Notes: generated from the letters alone by a model not told the origin. 32,000 nt of DNA from Vibrio alginolyticus NBRC 15630 = ATCC 17749 (GCF_000354175.2 NC_022359.1:1710001-1742000); one strand, 5' to 3'; positions 1-8,973 are shown, counted from the first letter of the stretch. Program-made: numbers and translations.

Positions 1-34
1 AAGTCAAAGAGAAACATAGATATTTGATACAACA

Positions 35-62
35 AGAGGCGCAAATTCGCGCCTCTTTTTTG
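35..62 (+). terminator. Rho-independent terminator, probably for a + strand gene ending left of the window; may also serve the convergent GNAT gene
   Basis: Stem agaggcgc (35-42) / gcgcctct (49-56), 6-nt loop, followed by a run of six T. Confidence 0.7.
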
Positions 63-100
63 ATTTTCACTAGAACAAGTCAAGCTAACCCGTGCTTTCC

Positions 101-523
101 CTAGCCTACAATTTCCTTTTGTAGAAAGTACTTGTGGATGCCCTCTGCAGGATAGCCTGAGTACTGCCCCACTTTCTCAAAACCCAATTTGAGATAGAAC
201 TCAAGAGCTTGAAAGCTGTAGGTATCCAAATAAACATGGGTAACCCCATGAGGCTTTACTTTTTGTTCTAGCATCGACATTAATTGACTACCGAGACCAG
301 AGGTTCGACTTTCAGCGTCTACCCACAAAAACTCCACAAACACCGTATTTTTAAACATTTCGCCAGTCAAGCCACCCATGATCTTGCCATTCTCATCTTT
401 TGCGAAACAGCCTACAGCATGCACTTCCCCTTCAGGTAAATGCAGTCGGTTATAAGATCGAATACCTTCACGAACAAAATCAAGGTCTGTTTGATCTGGA
501 TTTAAACAAAATTCAAGCTTCAT
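101..523 (-). CDS. GNAT family N-acetyltransferase
   Basis: 140 aa. Acetyl-CoA-binding-type core (...VDAESRTSGLGSQLMSMLEQ...) and a C-terminal FYLKLGF segment typical of GNAT folds. Confidence 0.85.
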   Translation of the reverse strand: MKLEFCLNPDQTDLDFVREGIRSYNRLHLPEGEVHAVGCFAKDENGKIMGGLTGEMFKNTVFVEFLWVDAESRTSGLGSQLMSMLEQKVKPHGVTHVYLDTYSFQALEFYLKLGFEKVGQYSGYPAEGIHKYFLQKEIVG

Positions 524-552
524 ATATCCTCTCCTTAGGAAACACCAATATC

Positions 553-582
553 CTAAAACAAAAAGCCAGCAATTGCTGGCTT
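553..582 (-). terminator. Rho-independent terminator of the LysE-family gene
   Basis: Stem agccagc (564-570) / gctggct (575-581), loop aatt. On the minus strand it is followed by tttttgtttt. Confidence 0.75.
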
Positions 583-602
583 TCTGATGGAATATGATAA
601 CT

Positions 603-1235
603 TTACAAGGCGAAACTACTCAGCATCCACAACGCCAGAATAACAAACACTAACCCCATTAGTTTATGTTGATACGTGCGGAATTTTTCGTTCTCGAGCA
701 GCCCTTTGCCCAATGTGCCTGCTAACCCAACAAGTAATAAATTGAATGACAAGCCAAGAACGTTCAACAATAACCCTAGCGCTAGCATCTGCTCACCGGA
801 AGATGCCGTGATATTGCTTGAGACAAACTGCGGCAAAAACATTACAAAAAAGACCAAGGCTTTAGGGTTGAGCAAATTACTCATCAAAGCACGTTGATAA
901 TAAGTTGATGCCATTTTGTTTTGACCATCAAGCTCTGGAGCCGAAGATGCCTCAGCTCGTAAGCAGTCCCAACCCATTTTTAACAAGTAAGCGCCACCTA
1001 GTAGATGAAGGACTTTAAGGGCTATTGGGCTCATGGCAATCAGGGTAGATACTCCCATCGCAGCAAGCAAAGTAAGAATAACACCAGACGTCGCATTGCC
1101 TAAGCTAGCAAAAAGACCGACCTTCTTACCGTAACTCATACTAGAGCTCGCTATCAGCAACATATCGGGCCCTGGTAACAGCAACAAAGCCACTACTGCG
1201 GTGAGATAAACAGGAAGTACAGATAAATCAATCAT
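603..1235 (-). CDS. LysE/RhtB family amino-acid efflux translocator
   Basis: 210 aa, about 6 TM. N-terminus ...LLLPGPDMLLIASSS... matches the LysE-family PGP motif. Confidence 0.85.
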   Translation of the reverse strand: MIDLSVLPVYLTAVVALLLLPGPDMLLIASSSMSYGKKVGLFASLGNATSGVILTLLAAMGVSTLIAMSPIALKVLHLLGGAYLLKMGWDCLRAEASSAPELDGQNKMASTYYQRALMSNLLNPKALVFFVMFLPQFVSSNITASSGEQMLALGLLLNVLGLSFNLLLVGLAGTLGKGLLENEKFRTYQHKLMGLVFVILALWMLSSFAL

Positions 1236-1464
1236 GATGGAACCGCTTTTCTACAACAAGGCGGCGAATGTTATACCAACAAAATAACATCATCCAGCCC
1301 AAAATAGCCAAGATAAGTCAAAAAATAAAAATCATAGTTTGCCCAGTTGAAAAGTAGCAATCAATTCGCCTGTTTATCAAAATCGAATAGCAATTTTGTA
1401 CAAAAATAAGCACGATGGATCCGTTACACTTCTAAAATGATTTTCTTGAGCAGACCGGATAAAG

Positions 1465-2292
1465 ATGAAAGAAAAGAATAAGGAAATCGCTACCTTCAAG
1501 ATAGCTCAAGAGCTCGGCGGTTTAGAACTTCTCGATGCAAAGTATGAGAAGCAGAATTTTTCACGCCATAGCCACGAAGGTTACACTATTGGTGTCATCG
1601 AAAAAGGGGCACAACAATTTTTTAGGACGGGCGGGAATCATATCGCGCCACAGGACAGCATCATCCTTGTTAATGCAGATGAAGTACACAACGGGCATTC
1701 AGCCTCGGAAGGCGGTTGGGAATACAAAGCAATGTACCCTGTACCTCAGCAGTTTCAAACTTTAGGACAAGAGCTTGGTTCACCAAATGTAGCTCTGCCC
1801 TATTTCCCTCAACCTGTGGTTTACGATCCTGAGCTGGCTAGTCAGTTACGATTGGTATTTGAAACACTAGAACAATCAGACAACCGTTTATTGAGAGAAA
1901 CTTTGGTTTACGGCACGTTGATCAAGCTAGCCAGTAAACACAGCACTCATCGGGCACCACTGAAAGAGTCAACCAGAGCTCAGCGACAAGTGCAGCTAGT
2001 CAGAGAATTTTTGGAAGACTTTCCACAAACGGACGTCTCACTAGAAGAACTCGCCAAACTGTCTGGATTAAGCCCTTTTCATCTGCTGAGAGAGTTTCAA
2101 AAGCAATTTGGCTTTCCGCCTCATGCCTATCAAATTCAGCAACGTTTACGTATGGCGAAGAAGCTACTAAAAATGGGACAAAAAATTTCAGACGTGGCAC
2201 AAGAATGCGGCTTCCATGATCAAAGCCATCTGCATCGACACTTTAAAAAAGCCATGGGCGTCACTCCCGGCCAATACGTCCGTCACAGCTAA
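1465..2292 (+). CDS. AraC family transcriptional regulator (N-terminal cupin-like ligand domain, C-terminal HTH)
   Basis: 275 aa. C-terminal AraC HTH signature (...LSPFHLLREFQKQFGFPPHAYQIQQRLRMAKKLL...GFHDQSHLHRHFKKAMGVTPGQY). Confidence 0.85.
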   Translation: MKEKNKEIATFKIAQELGGLELLDAKYEKQNFSRHSHEGYTIGVIEKGAQQFFRTGGNHIAPQDSIILVNADEVHNGHSASEGGWEYKAMYPVPQQFQTLGQELGSPNVALPYFPQPVVYDPELASQLRLVFETLEQSDNRLLRETLVYGTLIKLASKHSTHRAPLKESTRAQRQVQLVREFLEDFPQTDVSLEELAKLSGLSPFHLLREFQKQFGFPPHAYQIQQRLRMAKKLLKMGQKISDVAQECGFHDQSHLHRHFKKAMGVTPGQYVRHS

Positions 2293-2371
2293 AGCAGCAA
2301 TATTGTACAAGGCGTTATGCGACTACCGAGCTATCTTGGTAATCTGATTTAGGAATAAATAAGAAGAAACT

Positions 2372-3082
2372 ATGGACCACACTTTGCCGTTACAAAAAGA
2401 ATCAAAAGCCACGCTATTTTGGCAAGGTACACTTGCGATGATGCCTCTGAGTATCGCAGTGCTCCCTTGGGGCTTACTCGCAGGCTCATTCGCAATTGAT
2501 ACTGGGCTTCACCCTTTGGAAGGACAAGCACTATCCGCCATTCTGTTCGCAGGTTCTGCACAGCTCGTCGCGATGGGTATGATTAAAACGGGAGCAGGTC
2601 TAGTGACCATGTTACTGACAACGTTTTTTATCACCTCTCGACACTTCCTCTACAGTGTATCGATGCGCAGTAAAATTGCACCGCTCCCTCTAAAATGGCG
2701 ATTATCACTCGGCTTCTTACTTACTGACGAGCTGTTTGCGATTGTAGGCCACCATTCCGATAAACAATTTAATCGCTGGTATGCACTTGGGGCTGGTCTG
2801 AGTTTTTACCTGTTTTGGAATGTCGCGACATTGACGGGCATTATTGCGGGAAGTCTAATCCCTGAACTGAACGAAATGGGTTTGGAATTTGCTGTAGCCG
2901 CTACTTTTATCGCGATAGTAGTACCCACCATTAAAAATGCAGCGGTGCTCGCGAGTGTTATTGTGGCTTTGGTGAGCTCAGTTGCCCTAACCTATTATCA
3001 AATTGAGGGAAGTTTGATGATTTCGAGCATTTTAGCCATGCTTACTGGTTACTTTGTGGAACAAGTAAAGGAGAAACGCTAA
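2372..3082 (+). CDS. azlC: AzlC family branched-chain amino acid transport protein
   Basis: 236 aa polytopic membrane protein with AzlC/YgaZ-like sequence. Its stop overlaps the start of the small AzlD-like partner. Confidence 0.85.
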   Translation: MDHTLPLQKESKATLFWQGTLAMMPLSIAVLPWGLLAGSFAIDTGLHPLEGQALSAILFAGSAQLVAMGMIKTGAGLVTMLLTTFFITSRHFLYSVSMRSKIAPLPLKWRLSLGFLLTDELFAIVGHHSDKQFNRWYALGAGLSFYLFWNVATLTGIIAGSLIPELNEMGLEFAVAATFIAIVVPTIKNAAVLASVIVALVSSVALTYYQIEGSLMISSILAMLTGYFVEQVKEKR

Positions 3083-3393
3083 TGATCATGTTGGCTATTT
3101 TGCTGATGACGGTACTTGTTTTCACCAGCCGCTACTTGTTTTTAGAACCCAAGCTACCATTGCGATTAGGGACGCGCACTCAAAAAGTACTCAATTACGC
3201 TAGCCCCGCAGTACTGACTGCGATCTGGGCACCGATCGTTTTCATTCCCGATGGGGAGCTCAGCGTCAATGTGCAAAACCCATTTTTACTGGCTGCCGTA
3301 CTGGCTGCTTTAATCGCGTATTTTACTAAAAATGTTCTTTTAACGACGGTTATCAGTATGGTGGTATTTCTCGTTCTACGAATTTGGCTTTAA
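3082..3393 (+). CDS. azlD: AzlD family branched-chain amino acid transport protein
   Basis: 103 aa, 3-4 TM. TAATG stop/start overlap with azlC (translational coupling); canonical azlCD pairing. Confidence 0.8.
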   Translation: MIMLAILLMTVLVFTSRYLFLEPKLPLRLGTRTQKVLNYASPAVLTAIWAPIVFIPDGELSVNVQNPFLLAAVLAALIAYFTKNVLLTTVISMVVFLVLRIWL

Positions 3394-4007
3394 TCCGCCA
3401 ACCACTCAATCTCCAACAAGGTGACATCGCCACACTTTAATCGACCAAGGAAGATGTCACCTTCATGTACCTCACCAACGCCCTTTGGTGTACCAGTCAT
3501 CACTACATCGCCATCTTGAAGTGTTGTGTAACTGGTTAATTCATCCAGGATAGTTAGCGGCGGATAGAGCATTTGGTTAACGTGACCTTTTTGTACACGA
3601 ACACAGTTGATTAAGAGCTCAAGGTTAAGATCATTGATATCAATGTTATCCAAAGAGACAAACCGACTAAACACAGCAGAGCCATCAAATGCCTTAGCTC
3701 GCTCCCACGGCAACCCCTGATTTTTAAGCGAGGATTGCAAACCACGCTTGGTCAGATCCAATCCCAAACCAACCGCTGAATAACGTCCATCCTTGATCAA
3801 AAAGCAGATTTCAGCCTCATAATGAAGGGGCTCTTGATGGAATGAACGCAGAGTTGTTGATACGGAAGTTGCGGGTTTATTAAATACAACCATTTGCTCA
3901 GGCATTGCATTATTAAGCTCATGAATGTGTTCAACGTAATTTCGTCCAACACAAAGCACTTTACCCACTTCTACTTTCTTTTCTTCAACTTGAATAACAC
4001 TCATCAT
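3390..4007 (-). CDS. Fumarylacetoacetate hydrolase (FAH) family protein
   Basis: FAH-type sequence (...KVLCVGRNYVEHIHEL...VVFNKP...GDVVMTGTPKGVG...). The track ORF starts at a TTG (4019); I prefer the ATG at 4007 or 4004, behind agggaaga. Confidence 0.8.
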   Translation of the reverse strand: MMSVIQVEEKKVEVGKVLCVGRNYVEHIHELNNAMPEQMVVFNKPATSVSTTLRSFHQEPLHYEAEICFLIKDGRYSAVGLGLDLTKRGLQSSLKNQGLPWERAKAFDGSAVFSRFVSLDNIDINDLNLELLINCVRVQKGHVNQMLYPPLTILDELTSYTTLQDGDVVMTGTPKGVGEVHEGDIFLGRLKCGDVTLLEIEWLAD

Positions 4008-4159
4008 TCTTCCCTGCAAAACAAAAATCCCATCATAATCTAACCTATTGACTTAACGACACTAAATAGCAACCTCTAGTGTAAAAAATAAGACATTCAC
4101 CCCGTTTTGAGTTTTGTATCATCTAATTGAAACAGCAAAGTATTTGTAAAACAAATAGA

Positions 4160-4185
4160 CAAAAAAGCCAGCACGAGGCTGGCTT
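4160..4185 (-). terminator. Rho-independent terminator of the 4226-5284 porin gene
   Basis: Stem agccagc (4166-4172) / gctggct (4178-4184), loop acgag. A T-run follows on the minus strand (a-run 4161-4166 on plus). Confidence 0.8.
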
Positions 4186-4225
4186 TAGATCAATGAGCTT
4201 GAATAATAGTTCTCGCTAAACCCTA

Positions 4226-5284
4226 TTATAGGTAGTAACGAGCACCTAACGCCCATTTGTCATCAGTTTCACGACCATTGTCGTCATTTAGGTCAAACTG
4301 GTAACCCGCGTAACCAACAAATTTAGGCGTGAAGTTGTATTCTGCTTGTAGTGCCATTTCTTCACGAGCAGTTTCTGTTTTAGAGTTCTTAAACTCTTTA
4401 CCTTCCACCATCTCATAGTTAACACTCAAGTTTAGGCTGTTCGCCAGAGCGTATGCGATGATCGCCTCGTACGCATCACTTTCTTCTAAACGGTCACCTT
4501 TTGCACTGAAGTTCATGTTTTCGTTTGAACCATAAACTGCAGCAAGGAATAGGCCTTGGCCGTACGCACCGTAAGATGCTGATACAACGTGTGATTCCGC
4601 CGTGTGCTTACCTGCATATGCAGGGTGCTGGAAATCACCGCCATTGTAAGAGTAACCGATTTTAGCGCCCATGATTGAGTAAGAAAGCGCAGCTTGCACA
4701 CGGTCATCGTATTTAGCACCGCCAGTTATAACTCCAGCATCGTTGCGCGTGTAATCATCGTTTGCACCCTGCCAACCAAGACCAAAGTTGATCACACCCG
4801 CTTCACCCAGCTCGATGGCATTACGGTAAGAAAGCATTTTATCCGCACGGCCAGTGCCAAGGTTTCCATGATCGTCATAGATGAAGTCGTTGGCAAACGC
4901 GATTGGCATATCTGCAATACCTGCGACATCGTAGTAAGGTGACCATTGCGTACCACCTACTGCACGACCATAAACCTCATGTGTTATACCTAAGTAACCT
5001 AGACGGGTTTTAAACGACTCTTCACCACCGTCTAAGTAGTTTAGCGCCCATTCACCACGTGCGTCTGCGGTGAAGCCATTACCCAAATCCTGTGTCGCAG
5101 AGATATTGATACGAGGAGAGTTAGTACCCACATCCGTGTCACCTTGCTCTGATCCATTTAAATTAACAGAAACGTGGCCGCCCATCGAAAATGTTGTGCC
5201 ATCGTTATTATATAGTTCCACTGCAACTGCTTGAGTACCGAAGGTTGCTGCCGCGATTGCCGCTGCTAATAATTTTTTATTCAT
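4226..5284 (-). CDS. Gram-negative general porin (OmpU-like family)
   Basis: Signal peptide MNKKLLAAAIAAATFGTQAVA, then alternating beta-strand pattern (VELYNNDGTTFSMGGHVSV...). I start at the ATG at 5284, not the track's 5296, because MDLE before the signal peptide is atypical. Confidence 0.85.
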   Translation of the reverse strand: MNKKLLAAAIAAATFGTQAVAVELYNNDGTTFSMGGHVSVNLNGSEQGDTDVGTNSPRINISATQDLGNGFTADARGEWALNYLDGGEESFKTRLGYLGITHEVYGRAVGGTQWSPYYDVAGIADMPIAFANDFIYDDHGNLGTGRADKMLSYRNAIELGEAGVINFGLGWQGANDDYTRNDAGVITGGAKYDDRVQAALSYSIMGAKIGYSYNGGDFQHPAYAGKHTAESHVVSASYGAYGQGLFLAAVYGSNENMNFSAKGDRLEESDAYEAIIAYALANSLNLSVNYEMVEGKEFKNSKTETAREEMALQAEYNFTPKFVGYAGYQFDLNDDNGRETDDKWALGARYYL

Positions 5285-5893
5285 TTCTAAATCCATTACT
5301 TATTAGTTGGTTAGTCAGTTTTAGACCCGGCTTTGGTTCACTTTCGTAAAAACGAAATGATGAACAAAGAGAGGAATACAAAGGCTATCCGAGGCATCGT
5401 TTCCACCAGATTACTTTTACCTTTGTGTAACAACTGCCGACACTTTATTTGATTAGTTCCTGACAACCGAGTGAAAAGATCTCAGACAAAACCTAAAAAG
5501 CAATCGTTTACTTAGTCTTTAAGAAATCGAGAAATAAAAACCTTACAATAAGAAATGCTTTAGAGAGAGTTAGCTCACAAATAGCTGATGATTCGCTATT
5601 TTTAGGCCAAACTTCCCTGCCAAATTGAAATGTTTACTTACATTTAGGGTCAAGAAGCAATTCAGGAACTTTTTGAAAAAAACACAGTCTTTAACGGAGA
5701 GGAAAAAACCTCAAAAAAGATAAACCTTTCTTTTTATAAGTGGTATGAGAAGGGGAACTTATTCTTTCCAGCAATAAAAGTGCAATCAAATCATAACTTA
5801 ACAGAAATCTATCTTTCATTTTCAGCCTTTACCTTAGCGTCATCAACACATCGGGCAAGAAAGCCCATCGATTACAACTAGGGTAATAAGAAA

Positions 5894-6865
5894 ATGAAAA
5901 AGGCAGCACTAACTACTGCAATTCTTACAGCATTGGTATCAGCACCATCATTCGCAGCAACTGTATACAAAAACGACGGTACTGAATTAAAAGTTGGCGG
6001 CCGCGTTGAGTTTCGTGGTGACTTCATCGGTTCAGACGGTGCTGAAGTTGAAGGTTCCATGGAAGATAAAAGCCGTGCTCGTCTAAACCTAAAAGGTAAA
6101 ACAGACATCGGCAACGGCCTTTCTGCTTTCGGTGTTTACGAAGCCGAACAAAAAACGGGCAAGAGTGAATTCAAAAACCGCTACATGTATGCAGGCGTCG
6201 ACTCTGATATCGGTGCTTTCTCTGTAGGTCGTCAAGACATGGCTGCCGTCATCATCTCTGACATGACGGATATCACTGAATTCTCTGGTGTTCAGCAAGT
6301 TATTGATTCGTCTTCTGATAAGCAAGACAGCGTTTTCGCATACCGTGGTGCGTTTGATGCACTACAACTTCAAGCAACCTACCAAGCAAACTCTAGCGAT
6401 AACGAAGATAAATACGGCATCTCTGGAATGTACTCACTACCAATGGGCCTCGACTTTGGTCTTGCATACTCTGGTGGCGATGTAGATAAAGATAACTCTG
6501 AAGATCAAATTCTAGGTGGTATCGCTTACTCGATGGATAACCTATACCTAGCAGGTACTTATTCTCAAGGTTCCCTGACTGACTCTGAAGACTTTACGGC
6601 TTACGAGCTAGTCGCAAGCTACAAAGTAGCAAGCAAAGTGACGCTTGCAGCTCTATACACAGCTCAAGAGAATGATCCAGACAACGGTTCAAAGTACGAC
6701 ACCGTTGAAGGTATCGAGCTTGTTGGTTACTACAAACTAAACAGCAACTTCCGTACTTACCTGTCTTACTACATCAACCAACTTGATGAAGCAAAAGATG
6801 CAACAACAGGTCTAGTAACAGAAGGCGAAGATACACTGCGCCTAGGCGTACGTTACGATTTCTAA
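5894..6865 (+). CDS. Gram-negative general porin (OmpU-like family)
   Basis: 323 aa. Signal peptide MKKAALTTAILTALVSAPSFA, beta-barrel pattern (ATVYKNDGTELKVGGRVEFRG...) and canonical C-terminal beta-signal ...LRLGVRYDF. Confidence 0.9.
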   Translation: MKKAALTTAILTALVSAPSFAATVYKNDGTELKVGGRVEFRGDFIGSDGAEVEGSMEDKSRARLNLKGKTDIGNGLSAFGVYEAEQKTGKSEFKNRYMYAGVDSDIGAFSVGRQDMAAVIISDMTDITEFSGVQQVIDSSSDKQDSVFAYRGAFDALQLQATYQANSSDNEDKYGISGMYSLPMGLDFGLAYSGGDVDKDNSEDQILGGIAYSMDNLYLAGTYSQGSLTDSEDFTAYELVASYKVASKVTLAALYTAQENDPDNGSKYDTVEGIELVGYYKLNSNFRTYLSYYINQLDEAKDATTGLVTEGEDTLRLGVRYDF

Positions 6866-6894
6866 TTCACTCTTGTCCTAAGAGCGAGTCCACT

Positions 6895-6922
6895 TGGCCA
6901 GCACCTTTGCTGGCCATTTTTT
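6895..6922 (+). terminator. Rho-independent terminator of the 5894-6865 porin gene
   Basis: Stem tggccagca / tgctggcca, loop cctt, followed by tttttt. Confidence 0.85.
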
Positions 6923-7210
6923 ATGTAACCCAACACAACTCGATAAGTTTTCACACTATCGAAGCATCGCTCAGCAATGAAAAACGACCGTAACGACGCC
7001 TACTTCTGCCCTCTTTTAATGCGATTGCTCACTAAGTTAGTGCGTTTGATCTAATCGACAACATAGAAAAACCAAAAAAAACATTTAAAATCAAACAGAT
7101 AAAAGTTGGCACGTGTTCTGCAATATTATTTATGCAAATGCATGGCAGCGTTTGTGCTTCTCGTTCTTTGTACCTGTTATAACAGGCACGTCCTTTGAAT
7201 TGGTAATGTC

Positions 7211-7236
7211 GCCTCCCTCTGGGAGGCATTTTTTTA
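7211..7236 (+). terminator. Orphan intrinsic terminator-like hairpin in the leader of the EamA gene (possible attenuator or sRNA 3' end)
   Basis: Stem gcctccc (7211-7217), loop tct, gggaggc (7221-7227), then a+ttttttt. No supported CDS lies upstream on this strand. A second hairpin sits at 7170-7189. Confidence 0.6.
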
Positions 7237-7297
7237 TTGGCGCGAAAAACAATAGGACGTATGATCCCGCCACCTCTATCAAACTGGAATTTTTCAA

Positions 7298-8188
7298 TTG
7301 AATCATCATCCTGTTCAAGGTGCGTCCTGGATGCTAACAGCTGGCTTGGCATTCGCCATAGTGAACAGCTTCGCCCAAATTGCTAGCATCAACTTTGGTG
7401 TCTCTTCCACCACATTTGCGTTATTCCAATATGCAATCGCCTTATTTGTTATTCTGCCCTACCTACGTACACTTGGGATTAGACGTTCTTTAAGAACCCA
7501 ACACTTTGGCTGGCATGCATTCCGCATTTTTCTCTCTGTTATCGGGATTCAACTTTGGTTATGGGCTCTCGCTTACCCAGTTCCAATTTGGCAAGGTATT
7601 GCACTTCTCATGACCTCCCCGTTATTTGCCACAGTTGGTTCTGGCTTGTTACTCAAAGAGAAAGTAGGTACTGCACGCTGGTTAGCGACATTGACGGGGT
7701 TTGTTGGTGCCATGATCATTCTTGAGCCTTGGGCAGACTCATTTACATGGGCGACCCTGCTCCCTGTTGGCGCCGCATTTTTCTGGGCAGCGTATTCATT
7801 AATGGTTAAAAAAATGTCGGTAAACGATCCGCCATCAACCATGGTTGTCTATTTATTGCTGCTGATAACACCATTTAATATCTTGTTAGCGATACCGACG
7901 TTTACTATGCCAGATACGTGGACGATATGGGGTGTGCTTTTAGCCGCAGGTGCACTTACAGCACTCGCTCAATGGGCTATCGTTAAAGCATATGCAGTAG
8001 CAGACGCCTCATTTGTGCAACCATTTGATCACGCCAAACTGCCTTTGAATGTTGTTGCTGGTTGGTTGGTGTTTGGTTGGGTGCCACCTGGTCGTTTATG
8101 GTTAGGTGCTGCGATTATTATTGCATCTATTGCGTTTATTACGCATTGGGAAGCGAAAAAGACAAAGTTAGTTGAAAGAAAAATCTAA
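7298..8188 (+). CDS. DMT superfamily / EamA family transporter
   Basis: 296 aa, about 10 TM, with two EamA-like halves. Start uncertain: TTG at 7298 or ATG at 7331. Confidence 0.8.
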   Translation: MNHHPVQGASWMLTAGLAFAIVNSFAQIASINFGVSSTTFALFQYAIALFVILPYLRTLGIRRSLRTQHFGWHAFRIFLSVIGIQLWLWALAYPVPIWQGIALLMTSPLFATVGSGLLLKEKVGTARWLATLTGFVGAMIILEPWADSFTWATLLPVGAAFFWAAYSLMVKKMSVNDPPSTMVVYLLLLITPFNILLAIPTFTMPDTWTIWGVLLAAGALTALAQWAIVKAYAVADASFVQPFDHAKLPLNVVAGWLVFGWVPPGRLWLGAAIIIASIAFITHWEAKKTKLVERKI

Positions 8189-8231
8189 TTTAAAAGTTCT
8201 ATATTTTCAGGAAAGGAAATGAGGAACCCAT

Positions 8232-8846
8232 ATGAGTCAACCAATCAAAATTACACTGTATCGCTGGGCTGGTAGTTGGGGCCCATTCAAAGTCAATATT
8301 CCTTGTGGTGAATGTACATTAACCAAAGATATTTTAAAGGATACTTTTGAAAACGAACTAGCCGATGTGCCCGTTGAACTTGAAGTAAAAGATTGGTTAT
8401 CGCACTGGTGGGAACCATTAAAAGCTGGTGCTTGGCATGCACCCATTCTTCTTGTCGAAGGGAAAGTTATCAGCCAAGGAGAAGCATTGAATCGGGGTGT
8501 GCTTGTACAGTCTGTTATTGCTGAGTGGGTAAAACGCGATGAGCTAAAAGGCAACATTGTTTATGGTAAAGCAACTTGCCCTTACTGTGTCAAAGCCAAA
8601 CAATTACTTGACGAGGCTGGCGTTCAGTATGAGTACCATGATGTAGTTAAAGACAGCGCCGCCTTATACCGCATGATTCCTGAAGTAAAAGCCATCATTG
8701 GCGAAAAAACACCGGTAACAGTGCCGCAAATTTGGTTAGATGGAAAATATATTGGAGGCGCTGACGATTTAGAAAAGTGGTTATCAGCAAAGGGGCTAGA
8801 TAAAGTGCCTAACAATGTTGTGGAGATACCAAGCCAATCCGCGTAA
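8232..8846 (+). CDS. Two-domain glutaredoxin-like protein (N-terminal CGEC thioredoxin-fold domain + C-terminal CPYC glutaredoxin)
   Basis: The C-terminal half has the classical Grx motifs (KATCPYCVKAK...TVPQIWLDGKYIGGADDL). The N-terminal half repeats the logic (PCGECT...APILLVEGKVISQG). SD ggaaatgaggaa lies upstream; 43 bp after EamA. Confidence 0.8.
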   Translation: MSQPIKITLYRWAGSWGPFKVNIPCGECTLTKDILKDTFENELADVPVELEVKDWLSHWWEPLKAGAWHAPILLVEGKVISQGEALNRGVLVQSVIAEWVKRDELKGNIVYGKATCPYCVKAKQLLDEAGVQYEYHDVVKDSAALYRMIPEVKAIIGEKTPVTVPQIWLDGKYIGGADDLEKWLSAKGLDKVPNNVVEIPSQSA

Positions 8847-8940
8847 TTCTAGATTTAAATGTCATCAATCTTTGAGTAGCGTTTTGCCAATGTTGTGCAA
8901 TATGTTGGCTACTTACTAACAACAAAACAGAGAAAAGCAA

Positions 8941-8970
8941 AAAGCCCTGATTTTTCAATCAGGGCTTTTT
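8941..8970. terminator. Bidirectional Rho-independent terminator (glutaredoxin gene on +, 44-aa gene on -)
   Basis: Stem aaagccctgatt (8941-8952) / aatcagggcttt (8957-8968), loop tttc, flanked by an A-run upstream and a T-run downstream. Confidence 0.85.
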
Positions 8971-8973
8971 AAA

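Noticed and set aside
564-6916. Three terminators (564-581, 4166-4184, 6895-6916) share GCCAGC/GCTGGC stems, which could suggest a REP-like repeat family
   Set aside because: The loops, flanks and stem lengths differ. The shared hexamer is just a common GC-rich stem choice, and there is no extended similarity.
7032-7352. 106-aa minus-strand ORF, with the 62-aa ORFs at 7113-7301 and 7130-7318
   Set aside because: It spans the orphan terminator and hairpins and overlaps the EamA start. It has no SD and an odd composition. The structure-rich sequence is better explained as a regulatory leader.
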